From Octopus sinensis (Eukaryota): DNA of 64,000 bases. This document shows positions 1 to 11,672 of the stretch, piece by piece. The translations under genes and the position numbers were made by a program. Each line of letters starts with the position of its first letter. Positions within the stretch are counted from its first letter, which is position 1. A model generated the notes under the pieces. That model did no database searches. It was not told the DNA's origin and saw nothing but the letters and a program-made list of their open reading frames with translations. The stretch is taken from NCBI RefSeq assembly GCF_006345805.1, contig NW_021833614.1:2133-66132 (forward strand). Direction: 5' to 3'.

Positions 1-100
1 AGTTTCATTTGTTTACTTTCAAGCAATCTCTCTCTCTCTCTTGTGTGTGTGTGAGCGTATTTTCCTCTCCCTCTCTCTCTCGTCCTCTCTCTCTCTCTCG

Positions 101-139
<39 letters not shown>

Positions 140-141
<2 letters not shown>

Positions 142-420
142 CACGTGATTCACGTGACCGACCAGACCATCAGACGTTGTTACCCATCGCTGGTCACAAT
201 GCGTTCGCATTGTTTTAGCCTTTGAATGACGCCCCCCCGCTGGCTAAGCGTGCAGGCCAACAGAAGAAAGAGTGGTGAAAGAGTACAGCAGGGATCACCA
301 CCCCCTGCCGGAGCATCGTGGAGCTTTTTAGGTGTTTTCGCTCAATAAACACTCACAACGCCCGGTCTGGGAATCGAAACCGCGAGTCCGCTGCCCTAAC
401 CACTGGGCCATTGCGCCTCC
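140..420 (-). mobile_element. tRNA-derived SINE, family C
   Basis: Minus strand starts GGAGGCGCAATGGCCCAGTGGTTAGGGC...GGTTTCGATTCCCAGACCGG (A-box/B-box-like); homologous to 6255-6452, 14173-14290, 18200-18490, 43432-43740. Confidence 0.8.
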
Positions 421-443
421 ATATATATATAATATATATATAT

Positions 444-650
444 AGTTAATCTAAACAAGAAAACACAAAAACACAGCAACACGAGGACGTGGAACAAATA
501 AAGTATTATTGGACGCTCAGGAAAGAAGGGAAGAAGGAGGGTTTAACGTTTCGAGCGGAGGTCTTCGTCGGAAACAAAGGAGAAGGAAAGATCCCGCGAA
601 GGGAAGACAGAGTAAAAAAATTGCTGGCGGTGCTCACGAGGTCACATGTT
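444..650 (-). mobile_element. Penelope-type terminal-repeat-like element carrying a hammerhead-like motif
   Basis: Near-identical to 26162-26361; contains GTTT-CCGACGA-A-GACCTCCGCTC-GAAAC-GTT-AAAC at 541-575 on the minus strand. Confidence 0.6.
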
Positions 651-903
651 GAAATATATATATAGATAATGCATCGTGCCGGTAAAGCGCGTTCACTTTC
701 AGTGTTCGTTGTGCGTTTGGTTAATGACAGAGAATGGATGATGGAAGATACGAGAATATTTATTGATCACTACAATTGTTTCGACCCATCTAGCATCGAT
801 CCCTCACGGGTGGGATACTTAACAACTGGTACAGGAACATCCGACGGTGTAGATGTGTCACTTCGGGTGATGAATACGTAGAACTCATTAAAACAATTAT
901 GCT

Positions 904-1051
904 GCAGACGTGGCTGTGTGGTAAGAAGCTTGCTTCACAACCACATAGTTCTGGATTCAGTCTCGCAAGTGTCTTCTACTATAATCTCGAGCTGACCAAA
1001 GCCTTGTGAATGGATTTCGTTGAAGACTGTCGCATATAAAGTTATGTTTGT

Positions 1052-1124
<73 letters not shown>

Positions 1125-1342
1125 TGTGTTTGAGTTTGTGTTTGTCCCCCGCCACCGATTGACAACCGGTGTTTGTCTGTTTATGTCCCCGTAACATAGC
1201 GGTTCAGTAAAAAAACATCGATAGAATATTACCAGGCTTTAAAAATCATAAGTCTTGGATCGATTTATTCGACAAAATAACCCTTGAAAGCAGTGCCCCA
1301 GCATGGCCACAGTCAAATGACTGAAACAAGTAAAAGATAAAA
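904..1342 (+). mobile_element. tRNA-derived SINE, family A (GTGGCTGTGTGGTAAG head, internal TG/TA microsatellite, GACTGAAACAAGTAAAAG tail)
   Basis: Head and tail match at least 8 other copies in the window; resembles published octopus OK/OR SINEs, exact family name not verified. Confidence 0.85.
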
Positions 1343-2419
1343 GCTATATATGTTCACATATATATTCTCACACACGCACAGACATATAGATATGTATATA
1401 TACACATATACACACACACATTTATATATACATGCATTATATATATATATATATATATACATGCATACGTACCTACACATATACATGCGTATGTACGTAC
1501 GTAGATATATACATATATACATGCATACATTCATACATACACAGAGAGAATGTGAAAAAATGAGAGACAGAACCAAATGCGAACTGAATCGCAGATATAA
1601 GTTAAGGAAGCTGGATGGAAAATTGCTTATTCTTTCGCTTGACTGAAATGATGGACACCTCTCATTCGCAAAATCTATTCTATATTCTAGAAGAGGAAAA
1701 TAACACACCCTGAAACAAAACATAACTATGTTCTCCCTATTGCGTGGGATAGGGGTCTTTGTTTCTGTCTAATCTAGCGTCCCTACGGGGGTTCATAGTT
1801 GTAACGTATGAAAAAAAATTAAGAAGGGTTTTGACAGATGTTTGTATTTATGTTAAATGTGGGCCAAGCGAATCGAAAACCCTAGATTTTTGCTTTTATT
1901 TTCATGCGTATACCTTTTACGTATTTGAGTTAGTGGATTGCGGCCATGCTGGAACGCCAACATCAATGATTGTTGTGGTATCCCCAGACAAACATCAGAC
2001 TATTCATACATCGTATGTTCATTATGGCATAACTGTTTATTTCTTGAGATTACTTTCCTCTTCTTATTTAATGCCAGTGGTAAATTGTCACGAATTGTTC
2101 CTTTACTTTCTCAAGAAAGGAGGAAAATATCAAGAAATCAGGATCTAACGCAATTTGGTATCATCACATTCTCTCTCTTCACTCTTTTACTTGTTACAGT
2201 CATTTGACTGGGGCCATGCTGCAGCACCACCTTCAAGGAAAATTTTAGTCGAACAAATCGATCCTAGGACCTACTTTTTAGCCTACTGCTCACTCTATCG
2301 GTTCTTTTCCCAACCGCTAAGTCACGGGCACATAAACACCAAACTCCGGTTGTCAAGCGATGGTGGTGGTGAGACAAACAAGACACAAAGACACACACAC
2401 ACACATATATATGTATATA

Positions 2420-2483
2420 TATAAATCATATATTAGCGCTTACATCTACTCTAGTAGATGTAAGCGCTAATATATGATTTATA
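2420..2483. repeat. Perfect palindrome, 31-bp arms, 2-bp spacer
   Basis: TATAAATCATATATTAGCGCTTACATCTACT-ct-AGTAGATGTAAGCGCTAATATATGATTTATA. Confidence 0.95.
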
Positions 2484-2548
2484 AAAACATGTGACATAAT
2501 ATTAAAAATCTGTAAATGTACAACCATCCAGATTTCTGAGTACCTTAT

Positions 2549-2598
<50 letters not shown>

Positions 2599-2777
2599 AA
2601 TATTCTATAATTATAAACATAATTGTAATAAGAGTTCCGCTAATTGCTTTGCCACGCACCGAATTTCGAAATAGGAGCTAAATGCTTTTTCTACTACCAA
2701 AAAGATCTCCCAGACAGTAACACACTTTTTATACGTCGACAAAAAGAAAAAATAACGAATCCACACGACTCAGATTA

Positions 2778-2841
2778 GCTACATACGCGTTTCGAGATTA
2801 AAGTGAAGTTATATTTACTTATTTCTCATCTTCAGTGCAGC
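2778..2841 (-). ncRNA. Type-I minimal hammerhead ribozyme fold (Penelope-associated type)
   Basis: Minus strand: GCTGCA-CTGAAGA-T-GAGA-(26 nt)-TCTC-GAA-ACGCGT-A-TGTAGC; 6-bp stem I (one G-U), canonical core, 4-bp stem II, palindromic stem III, GUA cleavage triplet. Confidence 0.7.
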
Positions 2842-3018
2842 ATTTCGAAATATAAATTTGAGAGTGCAAGGATTAAATATGTACGCCATCAAGCGCCATC
2901 GCATAACCGATATTCAACCAACATAATTATAGAATATTTGTATAATTTTAACGTACCGAACTCCTTGGTAAAATTATTAATTATTAATTAATTAATTAAT
3001 TAATTTTACCCTTTTATG

Positions 3019-3124
<106 letters not shown>

Positions 3125-4723
3125 GCGATGGGTCTTTCATTTCCGTCCACCACAGGGCTTTGGTCGGCCCAAGGCTATAGTAGAAGACACTTGCCCAAGG
3201 TGCCACGCAGTAGGACTGAACCCGGATCCACATGTTTGGCAAGTAAGCTTCTTACACCACAGCCACACTTGCGCCTTTACTTTAGAAATTCATACCAGTG
3301 AGTTATTTCGCCTTGCGCATTATTATTTAAATTAGGCGGTGTAGCATATACTATAAATCGCTTAGAATTTTTTTTGTATTTGTTATTATCGTATGTTTGG
3401 TGGCGACAAGATACAACTGCTGTGCTGATGATGCATAGAAAGGCAGAAACACGCAGAGTTCTCGCTCTTGTAGACATAGTGAGAACCAAAGACGTTTTAA
3501 CGCATTGACCTAAACGTCCACGTTGTTTTAAGACATTTAGTTAGCCCTAAGTAATATAAAGCCTTCTTTTGATAAGTCGCAAGTTACTCTGGTAACTCAA
3601 AAAAAGGTGGGGTATGTGTATCATACATGATGCGTGGACTCCAAGAAAATATGCCTTGTGTATTACTTGCGATGCAAAGAACAGGGAAATTGTTAAATTT
3701 CATTACAAATGGTTAAAGAAAATAATTTCAAATAAGTAATCGAACACAATTTTCAGTAAATATAGGATGAACAAGAAACACATTATTCGGTACAGTCAAG
3801 GAATAGCGACTTAAATAAAGCATAACGGAAGCCACACAACGGAAATTTCAAACTGAAGATTTGAAGTTATTTAAGAAAGGTAAAATAGCGCAGACATAAA
3901 AAATATAATATGGCAGTTATGTATCTGTTACACGAAGTCCAATCAATGATTGTCAGGGTGGAATGCCGGATGTGGGATGTACAATTCTGGTAATGTAAGA
4001 TAAGAAATGAAAAAAAATCTAAACATATACATGCACAATATATAAGTACATACATACATACATACATACATACATACATACATGTATGTATGTATGTATG
4101 TATGTATGTATATATGTATGTATGTATATACATAGATTTATATATTTGTATGCACGTACATATATATATATATATACATATATATATACATGTATATATC
4201 TGTGTGTGTGTATGTGTATACACACGCATATATTATATACTCGGATAGAGGTATGTATATGTCTCTTCTCTCTATAAATATATATGCTGCCTTATACATC
4301 GGTATATAAACACACATTTATAGAGACAGAGGGAGGGAGAGAGAGATCACGTATATATGTGTGTGAACTTATACTCATATACATGCTATACATGTATATA
4401 TATATATATATACATTCACACACACATACACACACAAACACACACACAAACATGTATATACATATATGTATGTATCTATGCATATATATATACATAAATA
4501 TATGTATATATCATATAACTTACAGGTATATACATATACCTGTGCGTGTGTAAATGAATATACTCACACTAACACACCTACACGTGCACAGGTATATTTA
4601 TATGGAAAGAGCATACATACGTTTGGCGAGCAATTACTGTATCTAAAATGGGATTTTAAAGAGAATACGTCAGACTAATCTCTAAGCACATATATATTTA
4701 CATACGTATATGAATGTCTATGC

Positions 4724-4756
<33 letters not shown>

Positions 4757-6060
4757 TAGCTATATTTACGTAAATACAGATGTGAACAGTATATGTTAAT
4801 GTAGAACTAAAAGGAATACTTGAGCGGCAAAAAAGCATTAACTGTTATTTATTACATGTTGCAAATTAGGGAACAAGAGTAAAACTTGTGAAGCGCATCA
4901 CAATGGGATTGAAATTAACTGTGAAGAAACACAAAGCGTTTATGAAAAATTGTGTTCGGTGGCCCAATCCGTTGTAGGACTTTGTATCAGAGGGGATACC
5001 GCTCTCTATAGCTTGTGAAAATGGAGATTTATGCTTATTAGATTTTGAAGACGATTCAGTGAATATTTTGTTACAAAAATGTACAGAAGAGATGAGATGT
5101 ACTTTTAGAAAGAATAAGTTTTTAGGAGCCAAACGTGTGAGAGTTGGTGTAGATGTGTTTATGTATGCATGTAAGTAGGGGTGTTGGAAGAAACTCTTGA
5201 GCTAAGTTTCATGAATGGTTAGTTAGCTTGGAAAGTAAGGGAGGTGTTTAATTAAATTTTACGATTTAATTAATTGAATTGCAGCTGTTATGGTAATTAT
5301 ATGCATGTGTATATACTCGTATGCCTATAGGTATATATACACAGATATGGTTATACACACACGCATACACACACATATATATATATATACACACACATAC
5401 ATATACTTACTTGGAAATGGATGCGTGGCGTTCAATCAAATAATAATATAAATAATATATATATATATATATATACATATGTATACACACATATATATAT
5501 ACATATATACATACACGCATACACACACACACACATACATATATGTATATATACATACATACATGTACTTACTTGGAAATGGATGCGTGGCGCTCAATCA
5601 AATAATGATATAAATATATATATATGTTTACACACACATGTATATATATATGCATATATGGGTACAGTACGTCACAAACAGTAAACAACATGAAATACGA
5701 AAACAAACGAGTTGAATACACAAACAACGAGAGAAACAAATAACATAAAGATAGACCCTTCATTAATTGCCGGCTGCCTATCTACTCTTTATTTCGAGCA
5801 TTGAGCGACAATATGAGTCTTCGAAGGCGGCTGCTTCTTCAAAAGCCAAAATAAAATTTGTGATTTATTGAAGGTCAAAGTTGGTAACAAAAACAGGTCA
5901 GTGGAGACATACAATGAAAACCGAAAGAAAGCAAACATGAATGGTCGTTAGACCAGACGAAGGTAAAATAGCGAACACTGGAGAAATATTTTCTTTGACA
6001 TAGAAGAGAGAGATAGATAGAATACGTCCAACCTCTAGGACATCCCTGAAAGAAAAGAAA

Positions 6061-6133
6061 GATGATCACGTGAGGAAAAGAAAGGTGGACGATGGTCACG
6101 TGAAGAAAAGAAATGTGAACGATGGTCACGTGT
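6061..6133 (+). repeat. 30-bp minisatellite, about 2.4 units, each with a TCACGTG E-box core
   Basis: gatgatcacgtgaggaaaagaaaggtggac / gatggtcacgtgaagaaaagaaatgtgaac / gatggtcacgtgt. Confidence 0.85.
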
Positions 6134-6254
6134 GAGCAACGAGAGAGAATAAAGGAGAAAGAGGGGATAGAGAGATAGAAAACGGTGAAGTGGAGAAAAA
6201 AGGAATTAGGGAAAGGATGAGAGAGAAAACGATAAGGGGACAGAACAGATTATT

Positions 6255-6452
6255 TATTTGTAGTGACAAATTCCCTCCATCAAATCGACATTACCTGTAC
6301 AGGTGCATAAGTGTGCCACACATCTGATGTCGAAATTATCGCAGAGCAATTTGAAATGAAAAGTTTTGCTCAAGAACACAACAAATTGCCGTGTCTCGGA
6401 ATCGAACCCACGATATTTCGATCGTGAGAGCAGCACCTTAACCACTACACGG
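6255..6452 (-). mobile_element. tRNA-derived SINE, family C, diverged
   Basis: Reverse complement has GTGGTTAAGGTGCTG...GGTTCGATTCCGAG...TTGTGTTCTTGAGCAAAAC. Confidence 0.7.
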
Positions 6453-6545
6453 TAAATTATTAGTGTCGTAAGAATGTTTCTTTATCTGAGATAATTTACT
6501 TTGGAACATGTCAGTAGGTTTTTGTTTTGTTTTATTTTCTTTTAG

Positions 6546-6595
6546 TCAACGCTGTATCTGATGACAACTGTAAACATTTTGCTTGTACAATATCT
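6546..6595 (+). CDS. Candidate 50-nt internal exon, product unknown
   Basis: Strong polypyrimidine acceptor ttttgttttgttttattttcttttag and donor GTATGA; two frames open (NAVSDDNCKHFACTIS or STLYLMTTVNILLVQY); no homology recognised. Confidence 0.3.
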
Positions 6596-7138
6596 GTATG
6601 ACCAAGAGAGAGATAAAGACAGAGGCAGACAGATTGATACACACAGACAAATAGATAGTCAAACAGGGAGCAGTTGTAAGTACTTTTCGCTTCTGTTTGG
6701 TTTAATCACCATTGTGTGTAATAAAGTTTGTGCGAAATTCGTTTCATTTCTATAATGTATTATAAAAGATAGCTATAAGATATTTAGCTGATGTTATTCG
6801 TTACAATGACTGTAATATAATTTTTTTCTTCTCTTTTATAAGAAGCAGCTAAATAATTTTGAATTTGCTTAAGTGCTGCATGGTTAGTCTCAATAAATTG
6901 AAGTTTTTCAACACATTATATCGCATAGGTACCACGTTATAATTCTACTAGTATATTCGACAGAAAATTTCTGGCAGAAATCTAGACTAGAATACTTATA
7001 CTGTGACGTCACTTACGGATATTTCTTTGTAAGAATAGCTTATTGAACCCAAACTGGCATTATACCAATATCATAATGCGTTTTTATTCATTCTACCAAA
7101 TTAGTGTAAACCATTTTTCGAATAATTTTTTTTCTTTT

Positions 7139-7208
<70 letters not shown>

Positions 7209-7444
7209 AATTATTTTACTTTTTTGGCTGGGTTGTCTACAAACATGAACCCCCTTTATTCAATATATGACAGATCATTTAGGCAAAACCGAATTCAAGA
7301 AAAGAAGAACTTTTAAAAACAAAGATTCTTTTATTTGTACCATTCCGAAAGATGAGAGCAAATTAGAGCTCGCTTTATTGACAAAAAGCTTTCTGACAGG
7401 ATGATTAAATTTATTATTTATTTTATTTTGTTGTTGTTATTATG

Positions 7445-7509
<65 letters not shown>

Positions 7510-7536
7510 CATTATTATTATTATTATTATTATTAT

Positions 7537-7577
<41 letters not shown>

Positions 7578-7601
7578 TCAGCAGCATCTACATCATTGTT
7601 A

Positions 7602-7662
<61 letters not shown>

Positions 7663-8091
7663 TTGAGATTTTGAGTGGAAGATTATCATGTCAGGAGCAT
7701 TGTTTATTAAATTTTGGTTATGACTAAACATAAATTCAATTTTTGCGGGTTATTTTTTTTCTAAAAAATTTTCAAAAATGTATACTAAAAATAACTTGAC
7801 TTCAAAAATTAGCAAAACGAAACAAAGGAAACAAAAATATGAAAAAAGATTTGTAAAAAAAAAATGATAATAAAATAAAATAATAATAAAATAATAAAAG
7901 CTAAATATTTTGGTTTTGATGGAAGGCGAAGAATTGCAGAGGCGACCAAGCGTCCCCTTCCTGAGTTTAAGGTTGATTTTCTTTTTAAAGATTCTTTATT
8001 CTTTACTTGTCTTAGACGTTGGACTGCGACCATGCCGGAGCATTTCTTTGGAGAATTATAGTCGAACGAATCGCTCTCGCCCCCGGCCCCA

Positions 8092-8141
<50 letters not shown>

Positions 8142-8574
8142 CTAAGGATAATATCGATATTATCAAGTGGCCAGCATGGGGAAAAAATACCATACAAAGG
8201 TAAGAATTTTTTACAACTAAAAATAAGGGTGTCTGAGAGACACTACCATGCCGAAATAGCAGTCAAATCCCTGACTCTAAAAACCACTTTAAATGTTCAT
8301 ATCGCACCATGAGATAAGACAGAGGGACAAAATAGACTAGCAAAAAGATATTACTGAATAATTCAAGATCCTGGATTTCTAGCTTTGCTTTAAATAAGCT
8401 TTGCCGTCATCAGTTGAATATATCTGAGCACATAAATACAAATATATATATGCAGAACGAACGTTATACTTAGATATACTAACGTCCATACATATATATA
8501 TATATGCACGTATGTACATGGTCAGTTTAAATTGCCCGCCAAACACTTCATGAGCACGATATGTATGTATGGAC

Positions 8575-9845
8575 GTTCGTATATTCCGTCCAAAGGCTAC
8601 AATAGGCGGCTGAGGAAATATCTGTTTGAAACATGCAACATGCTGGTAACTTTCATGCAACACTTTTAAAATGTCAACGAAATTTAGGTGTCAGTTAATC
8701 ACTAAAGGAATTCTGTCACATATTGTATTGTTTTTGCTAAATTTATGTGTGAAAATTTGACTTTCTTTGCTAATCTTAGCTATCTCATTTGCTATTTCCT
8801 TTAATCGTGATTCATTGTAATCGCGTTTGACATAATGGTGAACAAAAGCATTTGCAAGTTTCCAGTAATCCCCTATGTCAGTACAAATATGCTTTATCCT
8901 AGAAAACTGGGATTTCGGATTTGACCGAATTATTTGATGTGGATGATCGGAGCGGCGATGGAGGTAAATATGGAATGACGTGGGCTTGCAAAATAACTGT
9001 CACTCTTCTGCAAAAATTCAATGCTAGTTTTTGAAAAACTAGACGTAAATTTTATGTTGGATTTAAGGCCATAGGTTTTAGCATAACAGTCACAGAAGTG
9101 CAAGAAGTAAATTAAATTATCCTGTGATCATTCCCAGACAAAAAAGACGTCATCAATGAATCGTAACTAGAGTGTTGCTTCATGACCATGTAGGGATTTA
9201 AATGTTTTCAGTAACTGTGTTTCGAATTTCGTCATGAAGACATTAGCGAAATTAACTGCCATGGGGGTACCTATGGCACAAGCCCTTATCTGGTGGTTAT
9301 ATTTTTGTCCAAACTTCATTGTGTTACTTTATAACACAAATCTCAATAACCTACAGAGAAAATTTGATGGAATACTTTTGTTTGACCGTTTTTCGAAAGC
9401 ATTCATATATGCTTCTACTCCTTCATCGTGGACAGTATGAGGATATAAGGAAGAAAAATCCATGGTTATCAAAAAAAAAGTTTTCGACATGGCTTCGGTG
9501 CTTGAAAATGATGTTGATTTTAGACAACATCATTTAGAAAATGATGTTGATTTTTGATCTTTTTGCGTCAGGAAGTAGAAAGCCATCCAGCCATTCCGCA
9601 ATCTTGGCTATTCAGCATTCATATCCGTTGCAAATGGGGTGCATTGGAGGAAATCTTTCGAACGTTTTGTGTATTTTAGGGAAACTAAAAAATACAGGTG
9701 TTCTTTCTGACCGTAAAATCCTGGATTCGACCTTATTAAGGAAATTTTTTTCCTCCATTTCCGGAATTATTTTCTCAAGTTCCTTTCTGTAATTGGGGTT
9801 TGGATCAACAGGTAATTCTTTATATGAAGTTTTCTCACTTAATAA
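8575..9845 (-). mobile_element. Penelope-like element reverse transcriptase plus thumb, degraded; GIY-YIG endonuclease not seen
   Basis: Hand translation gives FSFPKIHK, LITMDFSSLYPH, AIGTPMAVNFANVFM, LRFIDDVFFVW, YLHRRSDHP, RIPLVI and FPQPPIVAF in the expected PLE order, with stops and frameshifts. Confidence 0.88.
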
Positions 9846-9849
9846 ACGA

Positions 9850-10082
9850 CCCTTATACAGGGACTTTTTGTGCCGGGTGGGCTATCCGACCTGAAGAAAA
9901 TTCTAACTGGGCCCCACCTGCAAGGTAATGTGTTGTTTATCTTGCTGTGAGAACACCATGTCGCGCACAAATGATTGTGATGCATATGCCTGGCGTACCC
10001 TTATCGGACGGGTAGTCATGATGGCTTCGAATATTTTAACCCAGTATCACTTTGAAGTTATGCACGGCTCTCTCACTCAGTC

Positions 10083-10083
<1 letters not shown>
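9850..10083 (+). mobile_element. 3' portion of an unclassified (TAA)n-tailed repeat
   Basis: Homologous to the 3' half of 57711-58173 (GGGCCCCACCTGCAA...CTCTCTCACTCA), followed by (TAA)n. Confidence 0.7.
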
Positions 10084-10148
<65 letters not shown>

Positions 10149-10169
10149 GTAATAATAATAATAATAATA

Positions 10170-10379
10170 ATTCCTACTGGGAGCACAAGGCCTCAAATTT
10201 GGAGAAGGGATTAACTCGATTTCATCAACTCCAGTGCATAACTGGTACTTATTTAATCGACCCCGAGAGGATGAAGGACAAGTCGACTCAGCGGAATTTG
10301 AACTCAGAACGTAAAGACGGACGAAATACCGCTAAGCATTTCGGCCGGCATGTTAACGATTCTGCCAACTCGCCGCCTT
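10170..10379 (-). mobile_element. tRNA-derived SINE, family B (GGCGGCGAG(C/T)TGGCAGAA head, GTCGAC core)
   Basis: Matches many copies, e.g. 14315-14550 and 56468-56665. Confidence 0.85.
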
Positions 10380-10404
10380 AATAATAATAATGATGATGAT
10401 AATG

Positions 10405-10502
<98 letters not shown>

Positions 10503-10515
10503 TAATATAATAATA

Positions 10516-10547
<32 letters not shown>

Positions 10548-10548
10548 A

Positions 10549-10601
<53 letters not shown>

Positions 10602-10609
10602 AATAGTAA

Positions 10610-11235
10610 TACTTTCTACTAAAGGCACAAGGTCTGAAATTTAGCAGGACGAGACAAGTCGATTACATTAACCGCAGTGTTTCGATAGTACTCAATTTAT
10701 CGACCCCCGAAAGAATGAAAGGCAAAGTCAACCTCAGCGGATCGATACAGCCATTCGTCAGGCTGTTATTCGTCGAACGTTCCAGCCAACGCCAATTCAA
10801 CACCCCCGTCTGAAGGAAGTCTTTTCGAAGAAGCCCGATGAAAGAACCGAAGCCCTCTCGAAGGAAAACTTCACAGGCATGATACGCTTCCGTAGTGGTC
10901 ATCATCCGGCACTCAGGCGATGGCAAAAGATGGCAGGACGCAGCGACACATATATCAATGCAGACTCTGTAACGAGGAGTTGGAATCTGCAGAACATCAC
11001 TGGATGGTGGAACGCTATATCTGCCAACTAGGGGCTACAATGGATGAGATGATTCGTCTCCCTTCCTCGGTTCTAGCGCTTCTGAGAGTTATCCTCGGGT
11101 ACTTGAGGTGACCAACAACAACAACAGCCTCCGCGGAATTTAAATTCAGTTCGGAAGACGAGAGGCAAAGCTGATTGCAGTTGAATTTGAAATCAGAACG
11201 TAAATTGTTAGGACAAATACTACATTTAAGTCTTA
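10610..11235 (-). mobile_element. Family B SINE interrupted by a LINE fragment
   Basis: The SINE sequence AAAGTCAACCTCAGCGGA resumes as CCTCCGCGGAATTTAAATTCAG after the insert. Confidence 0.75.
10742..11127 (+). mobile_element. 5'-truncated I-group-like LINE 3' end with (CAA)n tail and 10-bp TSD
   Basis: IRFRSGHHPALRRWQKMAG, then a frameshift into CRLCNEELESAEHHW...C (RxxGH plus zinc-knuckle order of I-group ORF2 C-termini), TGA at 11109-11111, CAA tail, TSD cctcagcgga / cctccgcgga. Confidence 0.75.
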
Positions 11236-11444
11236 TTTTCTAATAACCCTGCATACCTACCGGTCTATAGTTTCCAGCAGAGGATCAGTCTATACTTTCA
11301 ACCCCTAATACTTGACTGGTACCCTATGATGGCATCGCCCCCGTTTGGCTGAAACGCAAAATTGACATCGACGCCATTTAATGAATGCCACAAGGAAATT
11401 TCTTCGGACGTTTTACTGATTCTGCCAGCCCACCGCCCATATTA

Positions 11445-11641
11445 ATGATAATGGTGACATGACAGTGATATGATGCAGAGATGCTGATGTCTTAACAGGG
11501 AGATGTTTATGATGATGAGAACGACAACCACGACCACGATGATGATGATGACGATAACCAAGATATCGACGACGACGATGATGATGATATTAATGATGAT
11601 GATGACTATGCTAGTGCTGCTGCTTTTGCTTCTGCTACTGG

Positions 11642-11672
<31 letters not shown>

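Noticed and set aside
140-158. Tandem TCACGTGA E-boxes
   Set aside because: Located in the tail of a SINE copy, so not evidence of a locus-specific regulatory site
3277-3489. Minus-strand ORF with a signal-peptide-like start (MSTRARTLRVSAFLCIISTAVVSC)
   Set aside because: No convincing donor, no recognisable mature domain, and a 70-codon ORF is within chance
8147-8199. 18-bp palindrome GATAATATCGATATTATC plus an AG|GTAAGA donor
   Set aside because: Weak acceptor next to a (TA)n tract and adjacent to repeat-like sequence; a short AT-rich palindrome is compatible with chance
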